From contig NC_068989.1 in NCBI RefSeq assembly GCF_001194135.2, positions 60,816,824-60,880,823 on the forward strand: a stretch of 64,000 bases of DNA, given 5' to 3'. The notes beneath the pieces were generated by a model, which was given only the letters and a program-made list of their open reading frames with translations, made no database searches and was not told the DNA's origin. This document shows positions 27,121 through 39,555 of this stretch, piece by piece. Origin of the DNA: Octopus bimaculoides. Taxonomy: Eukaryota. Position 1 is the stretch's first letter. Each line of letters starts with the position of its first letter. The position numbers and the translations under genes were made by a program.

Positions 27121-27241
27121 CACAAGTTTTTGGTCGGCACGGAGCTGTAATGAAAGAGACTTACCCAACGTGCCGCACAGTGGGACTGGACCCAGGGAGA
27201 CATGGTTGGAAAGCAAGCTTCTCAGCGACACAGCCACGCCT
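27121..27241 (-). mobile_element. SINE family C, 5' half
   Basis: Reverse complement of the head seen at 18995 and 36291. Confidence 0.75.
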
Positions 27242-27742
27242 ATAAAGGAGAGATACATTTAGGATAATATACTCCTTGATACAATATACTTAACAAAAAA
27301 GTGGGATGTCTCCGGCGAGAAGATTTTTATTATTATATTAACTCCAGCAATGCAACAACTAACAACGCTACGCCATATAGTGTGTTCCAGAATTAACTAT
27401 CTGTTTCAATGAAATTGAGCAAATTAAAGAAAAAAAAATTATGTTTCTTACCAAAACAAATAGATTTATAAATCTTACGTCAAATTTGTATTGTAAATTT
27501 TTAACATGTCTGTATCCCTGCATACTTCAAATCTCTTCTTAGCATTGTGAGGTCCCATGACAATGGTGATGGATAGATAGAATTATAGTTAGGTAGATAG
27601 GCTGATAGATAGATATATAGATAGATAGATAGTCAAATAGGTAGACAGATGGGTAGAGGGAAAGAAAGAGAGAAGGGGCATCCACCTTCCTATTCACCAT
27701 TCATTCATTTATTTATTTACTTAGTCCTTTACTTAATCCTTT

Positions 27743-27785
<43 letters not shown>

Positions 27786-28959
27786 NNNNNNNNNNNNNNN
27801 NNNNNNNNNNNNNNNNNNNNNNNNNNNNNNNNNNNNNNNNNNNNNNNNNNNNNNNNNNNNNNNNNNNNNNNNNNNNNNNNNNNNNNNNNNNNNNNNNNNN
27901 NNNNNNNNNNNNNNNNNNNNNNNNNNNNNNNNNNNNNNNNNNNNTATATATATTCAAACAATAAGCAAGCGGCACCGTTTCAGGTGCTAGTATGACTGAT
28001 ATAAATGTATTTGTTTGATAATCAGTAATCTTTATTGAATATCTCTGGCACTTGTAGGTAACCCAAATTTAAAACGGTCGCAAAATTCCAGATTTGTGAA
28101 TATTTCTGCATGTGTGTATGTGTGCGTATACTGTATGTATATTTATATGAATGTCCACATTAGTGTATGATTTAAACACGACCGAGGTACGTCATGTTAG
28201 AGACGCTATTTTTGGCTCGTCGCAAAAATATATATAACAACACACGCATACAAACTCATTGTTGCACAAACAGTCATACGCACACACATACACACACATC
28301 ACACAGACAAACGCACACACAAACACACACATACACACAGATCTATTTATATGAACGTCTACTGCCATTAAATATCCACTCCTAAATCTATTCATTTTTA
28401 TATGAAATGTATGTATGTTTGTATAAGTTTATACAAACTCATTCATACTCATACATACATAGGTGTGTATGTGTGTGTGTGAGAGTATAAATACATTATG
28501 AATATATATATTCATATTCAAATATATATGTATATATGTACATATGTATATATATATATATATATNNNNNNNNNNNNNNNNNNNNNNNNNNNNNNNNNNN
28601 NNNNNNNNNNNNNNNNNNNNNNNNNNNNNNNNNNNNNNNNNNNNNNNNNNNNNNNNNNNNNNNNNNNNNNNNNNNNNNNNTATATACACATATGGTAACT
28701 GCATCTTCATTCAAAAAATGTTTTTTTTTTCTTCTTGGTTAGTCGCTATTAACAAAGACTGTTTGTTTTTGTTTAAAGAAGTATAACATGCACAGCCATA
28801 ACTTAGAATATGTCTAGTCAAGCGATAATCTTAATATCTGATAACGAAACGAAGTAATATCTTGTAATTACACAACCTAGCAATAACTTCCGTTTTCTTT
28901 TTTTTTTTTACATCAGCATCATCACCATCATCACCACAACCAACAACAACAACACGGCT

Positions 28960-29600
28960 TTCATTCGTAGACGAAGTTTCCAGTCGTGTCCACCTCTATT
29001 CAGGTTTACATTGTCATTGTCGGAATCAGTAAATGTAATGCATACTCTTTCAGCAGCTGGAGAGAAATTCTTCTTTGAGTTCAATATCATGTTATCTCAG
29101 CTCTTCAGCTATGGTCTCTTGCCGTGAAGACCAACCTTGCGTGTATTCACGAGGGAGGAGACTCTCAGATGAATACTTTCAGACCTACTATCAAATTTTA
29201 GTTTAGAAAACCGTTCATTATCAATTTGACAGACACTTTGGAATTATTTGAGAGAATTCATGTATGTTATCTTCGGTGTCCTTTTGTTACGCTGAACACT
29301 GGAGTATTCGTCATACAAACAAACGCGGGCAGGTAATAATTATGCATGTTGGAAACTTGTCCTACCTTGATTTGCTTAGTTCTAATCACTATGAAGACGA
29401 TGCACGTAAAGCACTCCTATTTTTAACTTCGTGCACGTTGAAAGTGGTGTCGAGACAGATCTGGTGAAAGCGTTCAGGATTATAGTCAGTGGGAGCTTAA
29501 ATGCTGTTACTTGTGGTTTTCCCGAGATGCTGCTTCTGATTATTTTCTTTTCTACAGGCTTCTTCCTCGACATGAAATGGATACATACTACAACATAACG
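28960..29600 (-). mobile_element. Highly decayed RTE-like LINE, 3' region
   Basis: Minus-strand peptides ISGKPQVTAFKL, LSTCTKLKI (cf. RIxKAxxAFxxL, LSxxTKLKI) and GKRP*LKS*D (cf. GRPxxRxKD). Confidence 0.45.
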
Positions 29601-29640
29601 CCACAGAAACATTCAAATTATTACACTGACTGTCCGAACA

Positions 29641-29855
29641 TGATTTCAAATTTTATCACAACATCAGCATTTTCGGGGCGGGGGAGCAAGTCGATTACAT
29701 CGACCCCAGTGCTCAACAAGTACTTATTTTATTGAACCCGAAAAAAGGAAAGGGAAAGTTGATCTTGGCGGAATTTGAACTCAGGACGTAAAGACGGATG
29801 AAATGCCGCTGAGTATCTTGCCCGGCGTTCTAACGAGTCTCTTTCGCGCAGCCCT
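29641..29855 (-). mobile_element. SINE family B
   Basis: GTCGATTACATCGACCCCAGTG...GGCGGAATTTGAACTCAG matches the other B copies. Confidence 0.82.
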
Positions 29856-30258
29856 TAACTGCTCGTACATGATAAACCACCTCCAGACATATAGAGTTTT
29901 ATAGAGTACCCTAGAGTACTACACTATCCTAAATAGATATTCTGTCCGAATGAGCCATGACAAATATAAGGAACACTACATACAGAAAAAAGCTGTAAAT
30001 AAGTAGACTGCCGCGTCTAACACACTGAGCTAATAAGAACAGAAACAACAATACTATTTGAGAATAAGAACTTGAACACATTGACTGAGATTATTTTGCA
30101 CGCTTCCGCAACGCTGTTGCAATTATCATAGTATACGGATTACATAAGTAGATTAGAGATTATGTGAATGCAATGTATATAGAAATACACTGCTCTAAAT
30201 ACACTAGCCACTGCATTACTGAGTGTTATGTGTTTTTAAGTAAGAGGTGATGAAAGAA

Positions 30259-30471
30259 CGAGGGGGTTCTGATCATTTCCTGGCTTTTAGGGTGTCGCAC
30301 AAATCTGGTTGGAGACACAACATTCTGAGTTCATTTACAGAGCATAGAAAAACTGAAAGACCGTTGCAATAAGCGTGTGTCTTAAACGGAAATATGTTGA
30401 ATAAATCTTAATTAATTACTCCTCCTGTATTTTCTTTTACCCACAGTCAGGAAGTTTTCAGCCTCCACTTG
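30259..30471 (+). mobile_element. Internally deleted mariner (MITE-sized)
   Basis: Imperfect TIRs CGAGGGGGTTCTGATCATTTCCTGGCT / AGTCAGGAAGTTTTCAGCCTCCACTTG, then TA. Retains mariner C-terminal SIEKLKDRCNKRVS..KYVE*. Confidence 0.72.
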
Positions 30472-31355
30472 TATGGGTGGCACCATATCGAACGATCCGT
30501 TACCTGTGGGTGACAAGACTGCTTGACTAGTTCTGACCTACGATCACACGACTACAAAAAATAAAACCACGTAAGAATACATTGGTGTATTCCAGGCACT
30601 GATAGCATTCATAACTTAGTATGTCGCATGGTGAAGTAGAACCAGGAACGAGGTTATTTCAAAGTAAAGTCCTTATCAGATAACGATGCTTGCATACTTT
30701 AGTATTAATTATGTAAAGAAAAGCAAAACTAATGTATATTTTTTTCGAAGTGCAGCTCACGGAAATAGACATCATTAGATCGAAATATATAGTTAAAAAT
30801 TTAAAACCAAATATGGCGGCGTATAAGTATTAGTTATCACACACACACAGATACATATACACTCACACGCAGACAAACACACATACGCATTATTATGTGG
30901 TTATATATTTCAACTGTAATACAAAATGTTCCTAAATCTATTATGATTTTTCAATTATTGATTTCATAAAATAGGAAATAAAACAAAAAAGATTTATATA
31001 AAAGAAAAGCCATATAAATGGGTGAAGTTTCATTTACAGTGATGTTGGTGAACATCATTGTTGAACCGAACATTTGTAGATTAAAAAGAAAAAAGCAACA
31101 GAAACGATCATTTGATATTTCTAGTAGACTGTCGAAATTATTTGATATTATCGCTGCTGTTACATTTTCAAAATGGAAATAAACGTACTATACCGTATTT
31201 TTTAAATATCAATTTAGAAAGGAAATGTCTAAATTTCAAATTATCCTGTAGGTTTTGCTCTTAAATGTCACTCCAAAAATTGCAAATCTCATTATATTAT
31301 TCGAGCGAAAGTCTAGAAGTATATATGAGGAAATAGAGAAGCTGTGAGATTTTAA

Positions 31356-31414
<59 letters not shown>

Positions 31415-31426
31415 ATATACCTGTAT

Positions 31427-31790
31427 ATAAGGTGCTCGAGCTAAACTTGACGATTCTCTGTCTCGTTTTTTCAGAAACAGCTTGATGTATTGGTGAACAA
31501 TGAATGGCGTTGGAGAGTATAAAGATTAAAAATGTATTTGAGAAAAAGCTGGTCGAGGTGGACGACTTGAAGCTATCTCAATATTGGAAAAAATTACCTG
31601 TAACATGATGATTCACGTCGGATATTACAATGCCCGCATCATGACTGCTCATCACTGCTCCTTGAAGAATGTAAAGGCTGTGAAACGTGACATAGATAGC
31701 TGGAATGGGGACTACAAAACTGTGGCACAGCAGGCGTTCTGACAGCGTTCGAGGGCCGGAATTCATCACATTTATGAATAGAGACTTAGG
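31427..31790 (+). mobile_element. 5' fragment of a Tc1/mariner-superfamily transposon
   Basis: TIR-like start AAGGTGCTCGAGCTAAAC and HTH-like N-terminus MMIHVGYYNARIMTAHHCSLKNVKAVKRDIDSWNGDY. No right end found. Confidence 0.45.
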
Positions 31791-31840
31791 GTCTGTGAAG
31801 CTTCTGTTGACTGTGATCAACTTTTCACAGGAATTTTCAA

Positions 31841-31914
31841 TGGCCGGATAACTGAAGAGATGTTGGCGTGGGTTCCCACCCCGGCATCCGAAACTCGGAG
31901 TTTTATCATGGCTA
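31841..31914 (+). ncRNA. Type I hammerhead ribozyme
   Basis: Helix I GATAA/TTATC extended by TGGCCG/TGGCTA (one bulge); core CTGAAGA (31852-58); stem II GATGTTGG/CCGGCATC capped by a GTGG/CCAC hairpin; GAAA (31890-93); helix III ACTC-G-GAGT; GUU cleavage after 31902. Confidence 0.8.
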
Positions 31915-32003
31915 CCGAATAAGTGTCACATACTTTTACAGATAAATTCCTCTATTTACATAATATCGAGGTCTCTTTCTTTCTTTTGTTGTGCTTTCTA
32001 TCA

Positions 32004-32054
<51 letters not shown>

Positions 32055-32071
32055 ACTCTGTCTGCCTGTTG

Positions 32072-32104
<33 letters not shown>

Positions 32105-33929
32105 TGTATATCCATCTACCTATAATGTCGTCAGCGTGAGTGAGATACCTCAAACAAGATAACATAAACAGACGTTATTATCAACCAATGCACATAAATA
32201 ATATGTTAGGTGCAACTGAAGTTATCCACTTTCCCATAGGGAAGAAGAGATATTCATATTCATATTATTATCTGTAAAAATATCCGTATTCTGGTATCTA
32301 ATGATATTTGTTTTATAGAATATTTCTAGAGGGTATTATAATTGCCTAAGTAGCATTGCAAAATCGTAATTGCGTTCAGTAGAAAGGTTTTATTATATTT
32401 ATGAAGATGTGGGATCCTTATTTTAGCAAATGTTACCATATGAAAATCTTTGGGATCTGCCAAACTGACTTTCCGTAGAAAGCACTTCTTACAAAAGAAC
32501 AATATTTAAGTGCCTTGGAATCAAACTATTCACATGTGTTTATTACCTAGTGGCATTTTAATTATTACTCTTTCAAAATGAGACAAATTTATGGAAATAT
32601 ATTGACAAACGTTCCTGACCACAGAGCTGATAGGTCTTTTCAATCATTTGATACATTCCTTTGTCATTCACACTAAAGCTGAAATATTTTGGCAACGATG
32701 AGATATTTTGATTTATAAAAAGCGTGTAGAATAGATATTAGCAGTATACCCCCGTTACCTATACTTTTCAGTCGGTCGTTTGTCGTATTGTTCACTGAAC
32801 AAAATTACGCAGCCTATAAACCGGAAAACTCAGCATTGATCTCTCCATTACAAACCAAGCCTTCGAATTTTATTCCGTATAACATTGACATTATTAAATG
32901 TCTTGTAACACGATAAGGTTCAATTCGGTTTTAGTTTTTATCGAAACAGCGCTACTGTTTCATGCTTTCTTTGTTGCTTCGTTGTTAATGTGTGTTTCAC
33001 AAATGAATATACTAAAATACTTGCACATAATATCAGCATGTCAAACACAATTTGAATTAGCATCCATAAACTGCATTAATTTCATTTGTTCCCCTCTTAG
33101 ATATGTTCGTCCTTTTGTTGTTCAGCAGAAGAACATTCCATGCTATCAGAGCAGAAAGCTATCTTCTTACATTATTTCTGATGTATAGCAGGCTTCTCTA
33201 AGAAATTTAATAATCTTGAAGTGAATTTTTGCCATTTTTGTTGACGAAATATACGTACGTGCACGCAAGAATGTAACAGAGGCATATATAAAAATATGGA
33301 CAAGTAATTAATACATTAAGTAGCTTTAATAATCACGACAATTATCAATATTTAGATTTTACATTGAAGTTCCACCGTGTTTCACGTTACCGTTTCCTGA
33401 CTAAATGCTTTGTTATAAGTAATTAGTTGATAATGCTCTTGTATATTTCATCACAAAAGAGGATTACAAATACTGTGATTCTAAAATTAAAATAAATAAT
33501 TTGTAAATTACTTAACGGGTGACAGCGCATTTAGAAATAACTCTGGAAATGAAAGAAACAATGAGATAGAAGCGTAGACGGAAGAAGTGAAAAAATACGA
33601 ATGAACAGAGAAATATGTATAAGAGAAAGGACGTGAGAAGATTCCTCAAGAAATATTAAGAGATACATTAGATAAAAGAGGGGAGAATAAAGAGATGCGG
33701 TTTTATCAGGCTAAACATTCACTGAATTAGGAGAGGAAAATATGCAATTAGCTACAATATCACATATGTAACCTTTATCTGAACGGGAGTGGTTACACGA
33801 ATGTGTCTGTTGTTCATTATATAAGTTCAAATTAAATCAAGGTCCATTTTGAGTTTTATCCTTTCCGGGTTCGATAAATAACATGCCAGTCAAGTACAGG
33901 AGTTGATCTGCACCTCTCTCTTCCCTTCT

Positions 33930-34001
33930 CCCTCTCTTTTCCTCTCTCCCTCTCTTTTCCTCTCTCCCTCTCTTTTCCTCCCTCCCTCTCTTTTCCTCTC
34001 T
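33930..34001. repeat. 18-bp pyrimidine minisatellite CCCTCTCTTTTCCTCTCT x4
   Basis: Four tandem units, one substitution. Confidence 0.9.
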
Positions 34002-36213
34002 ACATATCTTTTCTTATATACTCCTCTTTTCCTCTCTCCTTTGCTCTCTCTATCTCTGAGCAGGCTATGCTACACTACTATGACAGTGATGGGGTGCATT
34101 CACATTCTTGATTTCCTGTAATAATAAAAGCATTCGGCAAGTGTGTACAGACTGTTGGGAAAATGAAATCAAACCAAAAAATATATCCTATTAGGACCGA
34201 TTAAGGACAACTTTTTGTGGAGCATGGGAATTCTGCGAAATTTAAGAATAGCATATACATACATACATACGTATATNNNNNNNNNNNNNNNNNNNNNNNN
34301 NNNNNNNNNNNNNNNNNNNNNNNNNNNNNNNNNNNNNNNNNNNNNNNNNNNNNNNNNNNNNNNNNNNNNNNNNNNNNNNNNNNNNNNNNNNNNNNNNNNN
34401 NNNNNNNNNNNNNNNNNNNNNNNNNNNNNNNNNNNNNNNNNNNNNNNNNNNNNNNNNNNNNNNNNNNNNNNNNNNNNNNNNNNNNNNNNNNNNNNNNNNN
34501 NNNNNNNNNNNNNNNNNNNNNNTATATATATATGTACACGTATATGTAATATGTATCAATCTCCCCCCTCTCTCTCTCTCTCTCTCTCTCCACACACGCA
34601 CACACACACACACACACACACATACACTCATATGTACACACACATACATATACGTGTCTGTTTGTGAGTATGTGTGTGTGTATATTTGTGCTTGTGTAAG
34701 TGTGTATGTGTGGAGTGAGAGGGATTGAAATTGAGTGAATAAAAGAGTGAGAGAGAGAGAGAGAGAGAGAAAGGAGGGGAGAGGAAACCTTTGTCTGTTG
34801 AACCTACGAATAATATATGAAAATATATAAACAATTGCAGGACATTCAGCTCAATGTTATCAGTAAATTTTATGAAAGCATGAAGATTCCTCATATCACA
34901 TATAGGTACATTGACTGAAGAATCTGGTTTAGTTAAGTTATATTGCATCAGTGATTGAAGATTAAATAAGGTACAATGCACAAAGCACAGAAGTATCTAA
35001 AACACGCAAAGATTCCAATCTGCGAGCTGCCATCATACTATTGATTCATGGTTCTTCGACATAGAAATAATGAGCTCTTATACAGCGTACGAACAAAATA
35101 CAATGGACGAAACTCTTTAATTATCGTTGAAAGGTTATCTGAGCTATTACAGAATCGTAGGACAGGTAGAAATAAATTCACGATAGTTACTTGCAGAGAA
35201 CAGAGATAAAAATCACAAAAGCTTTAGAATTTCATGCTATTCTTTCTCTTGTTTGCTATCTACCTATGTTTCACTATATCTTTTTAACTACCTTCTTTTC
35301 TTCTCTTTCTCCTTTCTTAAATGTACTGTCTCTGAAGACTAACTTAGATATCACCAGACGCAAGGTCTTTAGCCGGTACAAGCCAACAAGGGAGCTCCTA
35401 TACTGTTTCTCAATCTGGTAGAAATAACAGCTGAATCTCTCTCAAATGATATGCTTCTCTCTGTGGAAAGGAGCAGACAGTACAGTTTTACTTAGCTTTC
35501 TAAAATCATAGACTGGCCATTTCTGTAAGTGAATTGATCTTAGATCTACTCATTCAAGGCAGATTTTTAAATAAGCTATCAAGAGTTTTCAAATACATCA
35601 TAATTGATAGGATCTAACTAGAATTAGAAATAACTGGATATATACTGGCCTTGAGACAAATATTAACTATAGAAACGATTTATATAGTGACGTGCAATTC
35701 TGGATGTAGAGTAGAAAATTCTGAAGTCACAATTTGAATTATTCAGGAAAAATTGCATAACAAAATTAGTAATGAGAAGCTTAAAGTTGATAAATTTGTT
35801 GAAAAAGCAGCTTTGTAAAGTAATGCGTTGTACCTTCAAGAAGGTCGCTTCTATCAGCAGTTTACTGAAACACATGTTAATGTGATTACGGCATTGCTCA
35901 AAGGGAGTTTAGGAAATTATAGAAAACGGTGAAAGAATATGTCAGATAAACACAATCATCAACACAAAACTGAAAACAATAATAATAATCACCATCGTCT
36001 ACAAGTTCAAGGACTGAAATAAGTCGTCATTGTCATCGTCGTCGTCGTCTTCGTAGCAGTAGTAGTAGCAACAGCAGTAGTAGTAATAGTAGTGACTTCT
36101 GAGACAAATGCAAGTCAAGCAATTTGGGGAAGAGTTTGTCTATACTATCGACAGCAGACCTTGATTGGTAATTTCATTTATCTAACCTGGATAGACGAAA
36201 GGATAAATTGTCT

Positions 36214-36275
36214 GCATAGCTTGGTCGGTAGAGCGTCAGCCATCTAAGGCTCACGGGTTCTTGTTCCTCTACGGG
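36214..36275 (+). other. tRNA-like relic (probable SINE head, not a functional tRNA)
   Basis: A-box-like TAGCTTGGTCGGTAGAGCG and degenerate B-box GGGTTCTTGTTCC; no full cloverleaf. Confidence 0.4.
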
Positions 36276-36290
36276 CGGAGAAGTTTTTGT

Positions 36291-36446
36291 AGGGGCAGGT
36301 GTGTGATAAGAAGCTTGATTCTCAATCACATGGCTTCGGGTTCAGTCCCACTGCGTGGCAACTCGACTGTCTTGTACTATAGCCTCAGGACAATCGAAGG
36401 CTTTTAAGTGGATTTGTTAGATGGAAACTGAAAGAAACCGTCGTGT
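36291..36446 (+). mobile_element. SINE family C, 5' half of an interrupted copy
   Basis: Head through GGAAACTGAAAGAAACCGTCG. Confidence 0.8.
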
Positions 36447-36455
36447 ATACATATT

Positions 36456-36770
36456 ATTTTACTTGTTTTAGTCATTTGACTGCAGCCATGCTGGGGTACC
36501 GCATTCAGCCGATCAAATCGACACCAGGACGTATTCCTTGTAAGCTTAGTACTTATCCTATGGGTGTCTTTTGTCGTACCGCTAAGTTACGGGGGATACA
36601 CCAACTTCCGTCGTTAAGCGATGATGGGAGGAGAAACACAGGCACAGAAATATATATATATATATATAGTAGGCTTCTTTCAGTTTCTGTCTCTTAAATC
36701 TACTCACAAAGCTTCGGTCATCCCGTGGCTATAGTAGGAGACCCTTGCCTAAGGTGGCACGCAGTGAAAC
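36456..36770 (-). mobile_element. SINE family C, nested inverted copy
   Basis: Runs from the 3' tail (TTTTACTTGTTTTAGTCATTTGAC) to the CORE region in reverse orientation. Confidence 0.82.
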
Positions 36771-36771
36771 A

Positions 36772-36812
36772 TACACCTGTCTTCGTCTTTTGTTTTTCTA
36801 TAAATTTCAGCT
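36772..36812 (+). mobile_element. Penelope-like tail fragment
   Basis: TACACCTGTCTTCGTCTTTTGTTTTTC resembles 6379-6412. Confidence 0.5.
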
Positions 36813-36819
36813 ATATATT

Positions 36820-37030
36820 TATATGTGCGCGTGTGTGCGACTTTATATCTGTGCTTGTTCCCACCCACCACGACCACCTGACAACAGGTGTTGGTGTGCT
36901 AACGTCCCCGTAAATTGCGGTTCGACAAAAAGACACTGATGGCAGCCTTTAAAAATTACTCTGGTCGATTTTTGTCGGTTAAAACTCTTCAAGGCAGTGC
37001 CCAGCATGGCTGCAGTAAAATTATTGAAAC
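36820..37030 (+). mobile_element. SINE family C, 3' half of the interrupted copy
   Basis: GACAACAGGTGTTGGTGTG...CCAGCATGGCTGCAGT matches the family C 3' half. Confidence 0.78.
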
Positions 37031-38339
37031 ATGTATATATATATANNNNNNNNNNGTTGTTAATAATCAATATACTTATTTAGCAAAAATAATAATAATA
37101 ATATCTAAAACAATGTTATCTCTGCACACAGGCTTTAGTGTTGTTAGATTGTCAATAGAGGGGGATTATGCATTTCATACTTTCATATATGATAAACGTT
37201 ATCATTATAGTAAATATAAATTTCGTATTGTATATAAATTCGTTTCTTTCTTGTTCAAAAAAAAAAAAAGAAGGAGAATATTCTTCACATTTCCATTCAA
37301 CACAATACATTATAATTGCAACATCGTTTTTTATTCGTTTTGCTACAATTACCTTGGTATATACAGCTTATAATGTCTATTTTCCCCTTACATTTGTTTC
37401 TTTTATTGCCTTCCATTTTTGATTGTGTGTTGTGTGTTTGACATTTTATTCCCTATTATGTGCGATGCAATTTTCCTCGCTACAGTTCATGAATTATATT
37501 GGCTGATTTCATCAATTCATATTTTTATAACATTAGTTATTTAAAATGTATCAAGCCGATATTTTCTTCTATAATATTTTCAATATTATTAGTGGTACGG
37601 AAATAAAGGGTAAAATTATGGTGATGAGGATGATGATGATAATGACGAAGAGGAGGGGGAGGAAGAAGAGGAGGGGGAAGAGCAGGAAGAGGAGGGGTGG
37701 TAGATGTTTTATACATGTTATTCGTTGCAGATCTCATCGTAAATGACGCTGATATAATAACAAAGTAGTCTTGAGTACAAAATGAAAAATTTGCGAGTTC
37801 TGAGTGCAATGATATACATATATGCACATATATATTAGATATAAATAAATGAAAACCCGTTGAAGACATTGTATATTTGAAACTGCAGCGATACAAGACA
37901 CACATTTCGAACTCCTTTCTTTGTATAGTACTTAATTCATCGCTCTCATAATACAAATTAATGCAAATGTGTAGGCTGGTTTATCTTTTAAAGACCAAGT
38001 GGAACCACTCTGGTTTGTTCTAGAGATTGGAATGTAAATGTTCCTGTTGATATTCTAAACTTTTTCCTCAAATCCCGCTAGATGTGGATTGCGTGGTGGA
38101 ATCCTCCGACATTTAAATATATACGGTATTTCGTCATAGAATTTCAAATTTATACATAGGGTCATGAGATTGAGTTTTCATGTCTGTTCTTTTAGGGATA
38201 GAAATAAAATGTATAGCACACAACCTGAGTGGTTTCATTCTGTCTTTAAAACAGAAAAATACAAAATTCAACACCTAAATGGAAAATAATTAGAAGGGCT
38301 TTAACATATAACATCGGGAGCTCGAAATGTAGCTTATGC

Positions 38340-38940
38340 TGCCGGAATAAATGAGTGGACGTAAAGGACGGTGGGATAAGCGATAAATGACGACCGAATA
38401 AGGATAAGCCAAAAACAAAAGTAGACGTATAGAATGATAGAAAAGAGGAAGCATCGAAAAAAATAGATAGACAAATAGAACGAAATGAGGTAAAATGAGA
38501 CGAACGTGGGGCTAAAAGTGAATGATAAGGTGAGAACCCAAGAGGGAATCACTGCATAGATCAGCGGTGAAAATGGGAAAGGATGGGTGAAAGGAGAAAT
38601 ACGATGATCACGTAGTGCTGGAAAGGGATAGGAAACACAGAAAGTGTGTAGTGAGGTGTAGAGAGAAAGATAGAGACTAGTGTAGAGGAAAGGGCTGTGC
38701 AAAAATGAAACGACTGTAGAGAGGCATGAAAGAAGGGGTGTGCTGAATAAGAGAAACTGATGGAAAATGGTAAACTGAAAGTGATAGACAGAAAAAAAAA
38801 GCAACAGAAAGGCATGATGGCAAGAGAAGTAAGATAGCTAGACAGGAGAGGGAGAGAGATGGAGAAGGAATGAGGAAGAGAGAAAGAGAGAAACGTCACG
38901 CCAAATATTATCCGCTGTATGGAGTACAATTTAGAGAGGG
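38340..38940 (+). other. Purine-rich strand-asymmetric tract
   Basis: About 600 bp dominated by A/G with no fixed repeat unit. Confidence 0.7.
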
Positions 38941-39261
38941 CACAAAATGAGTAGTGGCGTTATATCACATAATAAGAGAAAACAAATTCACTTAAGTATG
39001 ACAAAGAAATACACAGAACAAGGATGACACAAGGTTGACATAGAAAAATTACACAGAAGACGGGAACATGCTCACCGCTCATCAGTTATCGGCCCCAAAT
39101 CATCACGCTTTCGTAGTCATTATCAATAAAATTATTATTTTGGTTACACCCACAGCAATATTGGTGGGATAAGTGAGCGGACGTAATGGCAGTGACAAAA
39201 ACAAAAACAAGATATAAAAGACGGTACACATACACGCACAAACACATGTAAAGAAAATCAT

Positions 39262-39301
<40 letters not shown>

Positions 39302-39339
39302 ACACACACACACATATATATATAGCACACACACACACC

Positions 39340-39421
<82 letters not shown>

Positions 39422-39555
39422 ATACTATGTAAATATATATTCGCAGACAGTCACTTGTACACACATACACACATCTACGCATGCCCTGATGTATATTACA
39501 CATGTTATATATAATTCATATATATATTTATATATATATATATATATATATTAGA

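Noticed and set aside
32400-33190. LASINCINF TM7-like motif in ORF 32898-33188
   Set aside because: An isolated motif with unconvincing upstream helices.
36214-36275. Functional tRNA gene
   Set aside because: Acceptor and T stems do not pair; treated as a SINE-head relic.
38028-38038. TGGAATGTAAA matching the miR-1 5' end
   Set aside because: Only 11 nt match and no precursor hairpin is evident.
39075-39115. Minus-strand GAAA...CTGATGA and GTGATGA...CTGA (type II hammerhead or C/D snoRNA)
   Set aside because: Helix III cannot form, and the C and D boxes are only about 16 nt apart.
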